In this document: positions 23,091 through 36,030 of the stretch, one piece after another
How the letters are laid out: each line of letters begins with the position of its first letter
How positions within the stretch are numbered: the stretch's first letter is position 1
Assembly: GCF_009914755.1 (NCBI RefSeq)
Contig: NC_060942.1
Origin: the human T2T-CHM13v2.0 reference genome, Homo sapiens
Reading direction: 5' to 3' (one strand)
DNA: 64,000 nucleotides
Made by a program: the position numbers and the translations under genes
The notes under the pieces: model-generated
The model's database searches: none
Told to the model about the DNA's origin: nothing
Seen by the model: the letters and a program-made list of their open reading frames with translations, nothing else

Positions 23091-24188
23091 AGTTTAAATA
23101 AGAGGGAGTTAAATCTGGACCTGTCTGCTTCAGACCCTGTTAAGGTAACTGCGTTGACATCCCCAGATGGCCAAAGACAAAGAACAAGGCTTTAGAGGTG
23201 AATATTTGGATTAAGAGTTGCTTTGTAAAATCTGCCGAAGCTTCCCCTCCTACCAGGAAGCCAAATCCCCCTCTAGCCAAAGAAGTGATGATACGGGTAC
23301 TGAGCACGTAAGACAGAGGCCCACAGTTCCTTTGGAGGTCTTAATAGAGAACTGGGCACTGTCAGGGGAACCCCCAGAAAGTCCAGGAATGAGGAATCAT
23401 ATTCCAGCCTTCTCACCCAGCACCCCTCCCTTCCTTTCCTCCTGCAAAAAAAAGTTTCTCTTTGTAATTGTCTATAAAAGATTATTGTCTGCATTTTATT
23501 TAATTATTCCGTATGAAGTAATTATGAGAGAATAATCAGCCAGTTCGCCGATAATAGACGTTTCATAAAAGAACACAAAAGACGCTAATAAAGGCAGAGC
23601 CAGCCCTCATCGCTGTCATTATTACTCTACATCTTTAATTTTCATACATTTTTATTGTTTGCCTGAAATTAATTGTCCATTTCTTTTCCTAATCAGGTTT
23701 ATTGCAAGTGGGCCACTTCTAGATAACTATACCATTTGTGTGTTTATCTGGCGAATGTCCCAGTAGATCTTGTCAACATTGAAATATCTATCCAGGAGAC
23801 TAGAAGGAAAAGAATCATAAAATCATTGTGCCTTGGCACTCTAAAGGACTTTGTGAGGATTTAGCCACTCCCCTCCACCCCAACCCCACCTGCCATTTTG
23901 GTTTATAAGAAAAGAATCTGAATTACTGGGAGGAGTTGACACAGCTAGTTAGTGACAGAGTTGAGACCAGAGTCAGATCTCTTGGATGAATCTAGAATAG
24001 TGAAGCTGTAGCAAGACTTAATCATCTTAAATGAAATTCAGTTTCTATCACAGGTATGAATCATTTCAGAGAGTGGTGACTAAAGCTTCGTCATGCCTGT
24101 GCACACTACTAGGAATGTTCTACCTCAACTTCCAGTTGTTAAATACCATCTTATTATTAGTAAGGCACTTCAGTATCACCTAACAGGA

Positions 24189-24573
24189 TGTACTGATCTG
24201 CTAGAGCTGCCTTAACAAATTATTACAGACTGGGTGGCTTAAACAACAAAATTTTATTTTCTCACAGTTCTGAGGCTGGAAATCCAAGATTAAGGTCCCA
24301 ACAGGGTTAGTTTCTGGTGAAGACTCCCTTCTCGGCTTTCAGATAGCTGCCTTCTCACCATGTCCTCGTATGTTCTTTCTTCTGTGCATGAGGAGAGATA
24401 GATCTTTGGTGGCTTTTCCTCTTCTTATAAAGACACCAGTCCTATCAGATTAGGGGTCCACCCTTATGACCTCATTAATTACCTCCTTAAAGGCTCTATC
24501 TTCAGATACAGTCACACTGGGGATTAGGGCTTCAATACAGGAATTTTAAGAGCACAAAATTTAGTCCATAACA
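24189..24573 (-). mobile_element. MaLR LTR MLT1A/MLT1A0
   Basis: cagactgggtggcttaaacaac...ctcacagttctgaggctgga...cttcttataaagacaccagtcctat...agtccataaca; ~385 bp. Confidence 0.88.
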
Positions 24574-24884
24574 TGGAATAATAATTTAATTCTACCATAG
24601 AACCTCATTTAAAATTTTTAAGCTAGTAATAGCAATAATTGCTTAGAGACAACAATGGTGCTCCATCGCTGTGGGCCATGGACACAGTGGTGCCTCTCAG
24701 ACTTTTGCTTTGGGTTGCCTCTGAGTGTACTGCCTGCCTGGCCACTCCTCCTCATGTGAGCTGGCTGGAGGGCTTGTGCAGTGGCACAGATGGAGCATGG
24801 CAACAGGCAGGACTTAATTGGATGCTCCATGGCCTAGTTCATGGTCTTGGCCTAATTCACCCTGTAACTCTGGGGAAAAAAAAA

Positions 24885-25006
24885 ATGCTGTATCTATTCT
24901 TCTTTCTATCCCCAGTATCAGAAACAGGTTCTGGCACAGAGTAACAATTTAATCAGTGATGAATGAATGAATGAATGAATGAATGAATGAATGAATGAAT
25001 AAATGA
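24885..25006 (+). repeat. L2 3' terminus with (TGAA)n microsatellite tail
   Basis: tatccccagt...ctggcacagagta followed by ~10 TGAA units from 24960. Confidence 0.85.
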
Positions 25007-25029
25007 GTGGACATTCTATGAGTCAGATT

Positions 25030-25480
25030 GCATCACCTAGCTCCCCTGCTTAAGATGCCTCAGTGACTCCTCATCACCCGTAAGATAAAGGACAAGCACT
25101 TCTGTGACTTGACTGTATTCAACCCTTCCAGCACCTCCCATTTTGGCAATGACTCCTTTCTCCCTATATCTCTGTCCACACCAAGCATCTTGCAGCTTTC
25201 AGAATACCTAAAGCTTTTCCATGCATTTGTGTCTTTTATCACACTGTTCCCACTGCCTGGAAGGAACCCATCTTTAGCTGGTTAACTGAGTTTGGGCATT
25301 AAAACTCTATTACCTCTTCCCAATTTGAGAGGTTCTCCCACTTTCTGGGCTCCCATTGCTTTCCATCTGAACCTTACCTCAGTGTTATATGTGTCCATAA
25401 ACTTGTCTGTCTCCCTCCTTTAGTTATGGGATAACTCATTTATCCTTGGGTTCTTACTGTCTAGCACAATGCCAGGTATA
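25030..25480 (+). mobile_element. L2 fragment
   Basis: ctcccctgcttaagatgcctcagtgactcc...ctgttcccactgcctggaa...tctagcacaatgccagg. Confidence 0.65.
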
Positions 25481-25741
25481 CTATGGATTAACGAGCCTAA
25501 TGTACTATGATAGAAATTTTTGTATTATGTAATAGTAAGGCTATATTTTTGATCCATAAATCAAACGCCACTGCAGTACCCACCTGTGTAAGACAATTAA
25601 TGGTCTTGAGGGCTCAGGGAATTTGAATGACTCCTGACTTCCCCCCTTTCCTTCCTTCTTCCCATTAGTAATGAAGTGTCTCCCTTATGTTACTTCATAC
25701 CTGCTAGAATGGGAAGCTTGAAGGTTAGATGGCATAATGCA

Positions 25742-25903
25742 ATAATTCTCAAATCTATCAGAATCTCCTGAGAAACTTATGATTCAAAATATTATCACAT
25801 CTTCCCAAGGCACATACCCCCATCGCTAGTGAGTCAGTCTCTCAAGGACAGACCCCAGATATTTCTGTGATGCTCTCCAGGGCTTCCAGGGTGGGAACCA
25901 CTG
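25742..25903. mobile_element. MER5-like hAT relic
   Basis: ttctcaaa..atcagaatctcctgagaaactt...gggaaccactgg. Confidence 0.45.
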
Positions 25904-26819
25904 GTATAATGGAAAGAAGCCTGAAACTGGAGTTCCACTTGATCTGGTCACTGATGAGCAGAGTGTCCTTGGGAAGGTCACTTTCCTCTTTATGCTTTAA
26001 CCAGTCTTCTGTGTGTGGAGAAAGTACAACTGGATTGGTGTTTGTCAATCTTGTGTTCTCAGCATTGGAACAAAATCTTGCACAGAGGCCCAGTATATAA
26101 AACAGAACAAAGCAGGGTTGCAGTGTTTGAGGGTGAAGAGGGCTCCTTATTCAGCCTTGTTCTCAGTGCCACCAGCACTGCCCTGAGGTGCAAAGTCCTC
26201 AAGGCACTTCCACATGGAACTTCTAGGGCTCTCCAGCATGTAACTTGAAAAATTCTAAATTAGAAGATCCATGTCCCTACTAGTTGCGGCATTTTGCAAC
26301 TCCATGGTAACGTGCTTACCTTGAAAGAAGCCCTCCAGTCATTTTCTAGACAGAGTCTGGGAAGTTGCAGAACACTCCCCAGGGCAGGAGAGCCGTCTGA
26401 GAATGTGGAGGGAACAGCTCCAAGAACAAAAGACAAAAGAAGACTGGGGACCATCTTTGGAGTTCTGATATCCAAAAAGCACAGGGAAAAGAACAGAGCA
26501 AGTTGGCAAACTAAGCCAGGAGAGGTTCAAGTAGCAAAGGATTGAAACAAAAGGAGAATCTAGGCACTATGTACCTCAGTCAGGAGTCTCCGTGTGCTTA
26601 GTGCTGAAACAGAAGTCAGCAGGAGGAACAGAGGAACCAAAATTGTTCCAGGTGACCACAATAAAGTGAGTATCACATTAAAGCAAGTCGCCTGAAGTGC
26701 TTGGTTTCCCAGTGCATATGAAAGTTATATTATACTATATTGTAGTCTATTAAGTGTGCAATAGCATTGTGTCTTAAAAAAAGATGTACATACCTTAATT
26801 TAAAAATACTTTATTGCTA

Positions 26820-27140
<321 letters not shown>

Positions 27141-27372
27141 TCATCTAAGCTTCAGCGAGTTGTAATTTTTTTTACTGGTAGATGGTCTTGCCTCAATGTT
27201 GATGGTTGCTGAAGGTTGAGGTGGACATGTAAGTTTCTTAAAATAAGACAACAGTGAACTTTGCTGTATCAATAGACTGTTGTTCTCATAAGAGAATTTT
27301 TCTACAGTATGTGATGCTATTTGATAGTATTTCACTCACAGTAGAACTTCTTTCAAAATTGGAGCCAATTCT

Positions 27373-28900
27373 CTAAAACCCTGCCACTGCTTTATTAACT
27401 AAGTTTATGAAATATTCTAAATCCTTTACTGTCATTTCAACTATGTTCACAGTATCTCCACTAGGAGTAGATTCCATCTCAAGGAACCACTTTCTTTTCT
27501 CATTCATAAGAAGCAACTCCTCATTTGTTAAAATTTGATCATGAGATTGCAGCAATTCAGTCACATCTTCAGTCTCCACTTCTAATTCTAGTTCTGTTAC
27601 AATTCTACCACATCTGCAGTAACTTCCTCCACTAAAGTCTTGAACTCCTCAAAGTCATCCATAAGAGTTTGAATCAATGTCCTCCAAACACCTGTTAATG
27701 TTGTAATTTTGGCCTCTTCCCATGAATCATAAATGTTCTTAATGGCATCTAGAACAGTGAATCCTCTCCAGAAGGTTTTTTTTTACTTTGCCCAGATCCA
27801 ACAGAGGAATCACTATCTGTGGAAGCTATAGCTTTACCAAACATATTTCTTAAATAATAAAACTTGAAAGTCACAATTACTCCTTGATCCGTAACTCCTT
27901 GATCCATAATATTGTATCCATCCCTACTAACACAACATCCATTGTTGGCATGGAAACAATATTAATCTCCTTGTACATCTCCATCAGAGTTCTTGAGTGA
28001 CTAGATACATTGTTAATAAGCAATAATATTTTGAAAGTAATCTTTTTTTTTTCTGAGCAGTAAGTCTCAACAGTGGGCTTAAAATATTCATTCAACCATA
28101 ACGTAAACAGATGAGCTATCATTTAGGCTTTGTAGTTCCACTGATAGAGCATAGGCATAGTTGATTTAGCATAATTCTTAAGGGCCCTGGGATTTTCACA
28201 GTGGTAAATGAGCATTGGCTTCCATTGAAATTCATCAGCTGCATTAGCCCCTAACAAGAGAGTCACCCTGTCCTTTGAAGCTTTGAAGCCAGACATTGAC
28301 TTCTCCTCCTGAGCTATGAAAGTCCTAGATGGCATCTTCTCCCAATATAAGGCTGTTTCATTACCATGAAAATCTGTTGTTTAGTGTATCCACCTTCATC
28401 AATGATCTTGGCTAGATCTTCTGGAAAATATGCTGCAGCTTCTGCGTCAGCACTTGCTGCTTTACCTTGCACTTTAATACTATGGAGACAGTTTTTCTTA
28501 AGCCTCATGACCTAACCTCTTCTAGCTTCAAACTTTTCCTCTGAAGTTTCCTCACCTTTCTCAGCTTTCATAGAATTGAAGTGTTAGAGCTTTTCTCTGG
28601 ATTAGGCTTCAGCTTAAGGGAATGTTGTGGCTGGGTTGATCTTCTATCTAGACCTCTCAAACTTTCTTCATATCAGCAATAAGAATGTTTTGCTTTCTTA
28701 TCATTCGTGGGTTCACTGGAGTAGCATCTTTAATGTCCTTCAAGAACTTTTCCTTTGCATTTACAACTTGGCTAACTGGCTCAAGAATCCTAGCTTTCAG
28801 CCTGTCTTGGCCTTTGACACGCCATCCTCAAAAACTTAATCATGTCTAGCTGTTTATTTAAAGTGAGAGGCATATAACTCTATTTTACTTGAATACTTAG
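27373..28900 (-). pseudogene. Disrupted Tigger1 (pogo-family, TIGD1-like) transposase
   Basis: Several short frameshifted ORFs (27373-27579, 27877-28122, 28123-28335, 28314-28508); upper boundary approximate. Confidence 0.85.
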
Positions 28901-30039
28901 AGGCCATTGTAGGGTCCTTAATTGGCCTAATTTCAATACTGTTGTATCGCAGGGATTAAGGAGGCCAAGGAGAGAGAGAGGTGAGGAAATGGCCATCAGT
29001 GGAGCAGCCAGAACACACACAACATTTATCAATTAAGTTCACAATCCTATTTGGGTGCTGTTCATGGCACTTCCAAACAATTACAACAGTAATATCAAAG
29101 ATCACTGATCACAGATCACCATAACAGATATAATGGTAATGAAACAGTCTGGAATATTGTAATAATTACCAAACTGTAACACAGAGACATGAAGTGAGTG
29201 CATGCTGTTGGAAAAAAATGGTGCCAGCAGACTTGTTCAAGGCAGGGTTGCCACAAACCTTCAATTTGCAAACAATGTAATATCTGTGAAGTGCAATCAA
29301 ACAAGGTATGCCTGTAATACCTAAGTCAGGTTGAAATCCATTTGGTGGAAATCGGGCCGCCTTTCTTTGAGCTGAGGTACAAATGCTTTGTTCTTCACTG
29401 TTCATATCATTGCTGGGGAAATCAAGCTGGCATATGTTTTCAGTAACCACCACTGAGATCATTTTTCTCTCTCTCTGGGGTAATTCTGGGAAAGAAAAGC
29501 ATTCAAAATATTATATTTGCTATCCCCTAGAACATTCATGTCATGTAGCACCTACAATTAATGAGTGGTACTTGTGAGGAAGTGAGTCATTACAGCAAAG
29601 CATTTAATTCAATTCTTCTCCAACACACTGATTTAATCCACCCTGAGTGAAGCTGGAACTGTAACACACCTTCCCTGAATAGAGTACCATGAGATGACAT
29701 GGTGTGTCTGAATGACAGCAATTTTGCACATGTACATAGCAGCTTCCAGCCTGGGATCTCCAAGAGTTGCTTCTCACGTGGTAATTGATGGCACCTCTAA
29801 GTGTTACATTAAACATTTAATTGAACAGTTAAATGTGGATTAATGAGGCCATTAATTAATACAGCGGGGAAGTCTGCAATTCTTATCTGTGGACCACAGA
29901 GAGGATTTCCCCACACCATGTATTTGAAACTACATCGTGAAAATTCAAAATTGTTGAAGCTGTTGAAAGTGTGAGAAAAAGAGTGTGATGAGAGTAGAAA
30001 TAATGTAAGGCTGACAAAAAGAGGACCCAGAATATGGAT

Positions 30040-30141
30040 ACATGAGTTCAAGACCAGGTTCTATGACCAACTAGCTGTGTGACTTTGTGTATATTACTTT
30101 ACCTCTCTGGGCCTTGAATTTCTTATCTTAAAAATGAGAGG
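30040..30141 (+). mobile_element. MIR fragment
   Basis: gagttcaagacc...actagctgtgtgactttg...ctctctgggccttga.tttcttatct. Confidence 0.8.
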
Positions 30142-30984
30142 TGTACATTGAGCACAACAGTCGTTTTATTAACCAATGCTCTGAGCCTGTGAACTTAACA
30201 AAATGCAATCTGGGATTGGCTCAGTTTCTTGGACCGTTCACATACCTTTTAACTTCTGTGTGTCAAACATTTGTCTGAGAGCTCCAGCTGTCCAGTTGCA
30301 GCCCCCCAAGGAGAAGTAGAAGAGCCCTGGACTTGGACTGACAAGTCCTGCTTTCTACTCTGCTGCTAGAATTGAGATCCTAGAAGTCAACAAATGCATC
30401 TGAGTCTCCAGGTTCTCATTCTTAAAATGTAGACATAATCTACTGCAAGGAGCTGTTATGAGGACTAAGCAAGATATTTTAGATGAGAGCAAGAGAGTGT
30501 GATGTATGTGTGAGCTACTATTCTTGTTTTTATTATTTTCACCCTGGGCCACTGAAAATTGGTTCTGGGGGTCATGTCAATGCCTACGGCTACTCCGTCA
30601 TCTCTCTACCTTCCTTCCCTTCTTCTCTGCCTACCGTAATCTTCATTCTTGAGTCTGTATTTTTCTAAATATAAAGCAAGATATTTATTAGCAAACCTTT
30701 TGGTATCCATAATTCTTCACTCCCCAAAGTATTATTAAACCCTTTTATAACTTTGATAGTGAAAATAAAACAGAAAACCGTAAAGTTTCACAAGACGACA
30801 TTTCCCCTCTCAAAATCAACCCAACCACTGAGCCTCCTGGGGAGCTTTCCTCCTACCCACCCCTTTCCCAGAAGACAGTTTACAGGATGGTCCTTAGATG
30901 AAAATGAAGAAGCAAAAAGATCAAGTAAAAAATGATTTGTGCTTTTGTTTTATTCTAAATCAGCATGAGGAGTATATTCTAGAG

Positions 30985-31523
30985 CAACAGTCCACAACCT
31001 TTTAGGCATCAGGGACTGGTTGTGTGGAAGATAATTTTTCCACAGACCGGGGTTGGAGGGTGGTTTTAGGATGATTCAAGCACATTACATTTATTGTGTA
31101 CTTTATTTCTATTATTATTACATTGTGATATATATTGAAATAATTATACAATTCACCGTAATGTAGAATCAGTGGGATCCCTAAGCTTGTTTTCCTGTAA
31201 CTAGTTGGTCCTATGCTGGGGGGCAGCGGGTGGTGATGGGAGACAGTGACAGATCATCAGGAATTAGATTCTCATAAGGAGCACACAACCTGGAGCCCTC
31301 CCATGCACAGTTCACAACAGGGCTCACGCTCCTATGAGAATCTAATGCCGCTGCTGATCTGACAGGAGGCGGAGCTCAGGTGGTAATGCAAGTGATGGGG
31401 AGTGGCTGTCAATACAGATGAAGCTTCACTCACTTGCCCGCCGCTCATCTTCTGCTGTGTGGTCCGGTTTCTAACAGGCCACAGACCAGTACCAGTCTAT
31501 GACCCAGGGGTCAGGGACTCTTG
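30985..31523 (+). mobile_element. MER1A (hAT-Charlie) DNA element
   Basis: Characteristic attagattctcataaggagc...gctcctatgagaatctaatg palindrome; 8-bp TSD ttctaga(g/t) at 30977 and 31524. Confidence 0.92.
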
Positions 31524-31843
31524 TTCTAGATAACTTGTTTTACTTTAAGCAAACTTCATAAACTTTCATGGGCAGGTCATTTGGGATGGTCTTAATATAA
31601 ATCTATGAGGTGCATTATCAAAAAATTAAATTAGGTTTAGTAGCATTTACTACTAAATATGCGTTACTGCCTAACCTCATATGATATATATATAAACTCT
31701 CTCTTAAAATGTTTTATTTTTCTACTATATTGAATAACAAATCTTATTTATGTAAAAACTGTTTATTGGGCACTCACTACAGCCAGCTACAGCACTGAGG
31801 AATATACTTAAGTATACAGGTGTATTTCTCTATATTATATATA

Positions 31844-32408
31844 CAGTTGATCATCATTGTTTGTGGATTCCATATTTACAAATTAGCCTACTCCCTAAAA
31901 TGTATTTGTGACCCCCAAATCAATAATCCAGTGTTTCCACAGACATGTGCAGAGTGGTGAAAACTTTGAGTCACCTGATGTGCACATTTCCAGCTGAGAT
32001 AAAGAAAGCTATGCTCTGCCTTCTTGCATTGGCAGACTTCCTCGCTTAAGAAAACCTCCCAGTGCCCTTTCTCTGTAGATCTGTAGATGACGTGATAGCA
32101 TTAGATAACACAAGCTACTGTGTATAATTATCTGTTTATACATAAGCATTAGCTCCCCATCCAGGACCATAAACTTCTTTCGGATGGACCCTAGGTTCTA
32201 TTTTTCTTATACTTTAACTACACTCTTATACTTTAAACAGAAACACACATAAAGCAAGATTATGTATTGATTGGCAACAATGATGTGATAAGAAGCTTGC
32301 AGGAACCTAACCCTGTATTCCCTTACGAGCAATAGTTCAGAATTCACTAATTCAGTGTTTGCAGCAACTTTATAAAACATAATGATTGCAAACATTGAGA
32401 ACTGACTC
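31844..32408 (-). mobile_element. MER82/Tigger6-like TcMar element with unrelated internal segment
   Basis: TA-cagttgatcatcatt left end; gcaggaacctaaccctgtattccc...taattcagtgtttgcagcaactttata right part. Confidence 0.7.
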
Positions 32409-33229
32409 TGTGTGCTATGTGTGTGTGTGTGATTAAGTGCTAGACATGGACTACACAGGAGCTTAATGTGTAAATTTATCCAGTGCTTTTGTATTTAGCC
32501 TGATAATCTCACCAGAAATTGCTAATTTAAATTAGTTCCTTTGCTTTTATTAAGATAAATGGAATCTCATCAACTCAGTCTTAGGACACAAAGGAATTAG
32601 CCTTAGAAATAAAACTTTATTTTGTTAAAAACTCTAGTGAAGGAAATTATACAACAGAAGCACAGTGAAGGGATATCGTTTTTCACCTTTGTGAGCACAG
32701 AACAGATTTGAGTCTTCCCCATATCACACAGATTCAGCTCCCTCAAGCCACCCAAAGTGCAAACCATGCCATCTCTCTTTTCTTCTAGATCGCTATCCAC
32801 TCAACATTCACCCAAAACATACACCCAGTTTCCGATGCACAGGTAATAAAGATGATAAGTCCTTGGCTTACAATTACCACATGTGTAGTGAGCTGAGAGG
32901 AAAATATGGGAAGGCCACTGAGGACCACTCAGCCAGGGAAGAACAGTGAATGTCAGTTAAAGCCACCAGAAGATGAGATGCTTGACCTTAGAGATGAGGA
33001 GCAGTTAATATGGTGGTCTTGGTGGGATCCCCTGGTACAAAGGTCCGCAGCACCTACTCTGTGAAGAGCACCAGAACAGATGTCATGGATGATTGAGTCA
33101 GTATCAGCCAGTATCCTGAAACTCCAGTATTTCAAGGAAGCTTTCCCTGGAGACACCCTCTCCTCCATGAACACATGCACTCCCAACCAAGAAAAAGTCT
33201 GAATCCGTCCATAGGATTCCTTTCTCCTT

Positions 33230-33383
33230 CCATCCTGGCACTTATTTAATCAGTATCTGTCTCCCCAAATGAAGCATATGCCCCTAAAAGCAGGAACCAA
33301 GTATTTTGTTGTTGTTAGTTTGCTGTTGCATCTCCCACTGCCTCAAGACTTGCCTGGCATAAGCTGCTGAACAACTGAATGAA
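33230..33383 (+). mobile_element. L2 3' end
   Basis: tctgtctcccc...gcaggaacc...tgcctggcata...tgaatgaa. Confidence 0.65.
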
Positions 33384-34926
33384 GATTGCAGAGTAAGGCC
33401 AAGGTCTTATTCATGGGGTGACAGCTTTGCTGGGAGATTTTACAAGGTCATAGTATTGTGGGGATTTTTTTCCACAGTGAACAATGTTTTATCCTGGGAA
33501 ATCAGTGTACCTCCCATAGGTATTTTTGTTCACCGTGCTTTTCATTGCTTAACTCTTTGACCTAATAACTAGTAAATTAGCAGTCACTAGAACTGAGAAG
33601 AGAGAAAACAGGAAAGTTTCAGGTCTTCTAACTTATATTCCTAAATGCAACCTGTGGTCCTGCCAGGTTGGCTGATATTCTTGGCTCAAACTGGGGACTT
33701 TCACAGGAGCAAGGGCTCATGTGCCTGCTTTCATCATCACTTCTAGAGCCAGCCCAGAACCTCACCCCCCAGAGGAATCATCTGCTTCTCCTCAGTCCCT
33801 TGAAATATTCTTGCCATGAGGACCCCTTCTCTCTGGGGGTAAACAGTAAGATAGATAAAGTGTACTCAAGTGGGACAGAAGTCACTAGCACACATCATGG
33901 TGGATGAGCTGTATCACAGCAGCCACCCCTGAGATGGTAGAAGAATGCTGTAAGGCTGAGTCATAGGGACTTGCCCTTTCCTGTTTCTCACCTCTTTGTT
34001 GTGGGGTTCTCACAACCAAATGCTCATATGGCCAGGCAGGTGGTCTAAGTAAGTGGAGGTGACAGGGTGGAAGTGTGGCAAGCCCTAACTGAAGGGAATA
34101 GCTACTGCTCATCTCCATGCAAGAATTTGGGACAAGTGTCACCAGATCTTCTGGTTTTTCAAGAGAAAGCAAAAGTGCGGGGACCAGATTTGTTTTCAAA
34201 GAATCTGGTTTCTTGAAATCAGAAACCATCTTAAGGTTGTCCGTTTTTCATTACTGTTGTTTTTCTGAAATGCTTTTTGTCAATCATTAGGGAGAAGATA
34301 AAGACAAATAGAACCTAGGGTCCATCCGAAAGAAGCTTATGGTCCAGGAGGGGAGCCAATGCTTATGTATAAAAAGATAATTACACAGAGTAGCTTATGT
34401 TATCTAATGCTATCATGTTATCTACAGATCTACAGAGAAAGGGCATCGGGAGGTTTTCTTAAGCAAATTTGTTGCGGAGAATCTCCTCCCTTTAGTAACA
34501 AGAAACTCAATTGTTTCTACATCCAGAAAAGGACTTTTTTTCTTTTAAGCAATAGGGCCTCCTGCTGAGACAGTAAAATTGTAGAGATACTTGTAGGGTT
34601 GTGTTGCAATATGATGAGGAGGCCAATGAAGGTGGTTCCATCAAAGAGTGCTTGAGTTAAAACTAATATATTCAAGCAGTGATACTATTTTGGCATTCTT
34701 CAGCTCCGTTTTCTTTCTTCTTTCTCCTCATCTGGACTCAGACCCTAGTTCCTGACTTTCAGTGTGGCACTCTTTCCTCTCCCTGCTTAAGAAGGAGCAG
34801 TCAGAATTATAAGGTCATGGCAACATTGTAGATTTGAAATTCCACTGTCTTACGAAACATGGCTTCTTGAGCTCCAGCATTGTTGTTTGGCAAGTTGATC
34901 AGAAATTCTCTTTCTGCCAGTGCTGA

Positions 34927-35135
34927 GCCATGGTAGTTAATGTGTGGAGTTCTGAAGCAACAGTTTGGATCCCATTTCTACTAACTTATCATGCTAGCTG
35001 TATGACTTTAGGAAAAGTACTTAACTTGGTACCTAAGCCACAGTTATCTCACGTATAAAATAAGGTAACCATAGTGCCTGCTTGTTAGGTGTTTTGTGAA
35101 GATCAAATGAGATCATACAGGTAAATATTATGTGA
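34927..35135 (+). mobile_element. MIR
   Basis: tggtagttaatg...ctagctgtatgactttagg...tgtgaagatcaaatgagat. Confidence 0.8.
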
Positions 35136-35757
35136 GTGAAAACCCCCACAGGTATACTAATAGAGCGTAAAAAAAAAAGAAAATCACGTGGAGGTCTATA
35201 TTTGAAGAATGAGACCTGTGCCTCGCACAAAAAAAGTATTCAATTAAAGAAAGTCCACATCAGTATTACCAAATAGGGACATGAATCATTCCTTGCTGTG
35301 GAGTATTGTGAGAATAAGGACCTGCATAATTTATTATTTACTGCAAATGGAGCAAGTCAGTCTTGGAAAACTCTGATTTATTATCATATGGGTGGTGAAT
35401 GAGCTTTGACCTGGCCAAGAGAAAAGTGTGCCACTCCAGGCATGGATGTCAAGCCTGGCACTCAACATGCACAATTGCTGGACTGAGCTGAGGTACAGTG
35501 CATGAAGTTCAACTAAAACCTCACCTTGGGTGATTCTCAGCTGGGAAGTGGCCCTAGCTAAATAATAATGGCACACTCAGAATCTTCCATGATTTTTGGA
35601 ATTCTAGAATAATGAACTGTTTGGGAACAGGGGACTCTTCTGAAGTACCCAACAATTTAAAAGGGAGAAAAGTCCTTCTTCCCTCTCTCATCAGTCTCTT
35701 CTCTCTTCCTACCTATCCATCCATGTATCCAACAGAATCTGAATTAGAATATTTTGG

Positions 35758-35822
35758 TACGTGTATACCTATGTAACAAAACTGAACATTCTGCACATGT
35801 AATCCAGAACTTAAAAAAAAAA
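35758..35822 (+). mobile_element. Extremely 5'-truncated L1PA (~65 bp)
   Basis: tatacctatgtaacaaaactg..cattctgcacatgta..ccagaacttaaa plus poly-A; TSD agaatattt(t)gg at 35746 and 35823. Confidence 0.85.
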
Positions 35823-35960
35823 AGAATATTTGGGCATTCATGCAATCCACTTTTTCAGAGGAAAGTTAGTCTTCTTTCAAATAATTTTATAATTGCATCA
35901 ATTCATCTAGGATACAGTGGGCCTTTTCACATGCCAGGTGCGGTGCAAGGCACCGAGCGT

Positions 35961-36027
<67 letters not shown>
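35961..36027. repeat. (A)n(TA)n microsatellite
   Basis: A-run followed by ~24 TA units. Confidence 0.97.

Positions 36028-36030
<3 letters not shown>

Noticed and set aside
35163-35975. gagcgt followed by an A-run occurring twice
   Set aside because: Only six non-A bases match; compatible with chance
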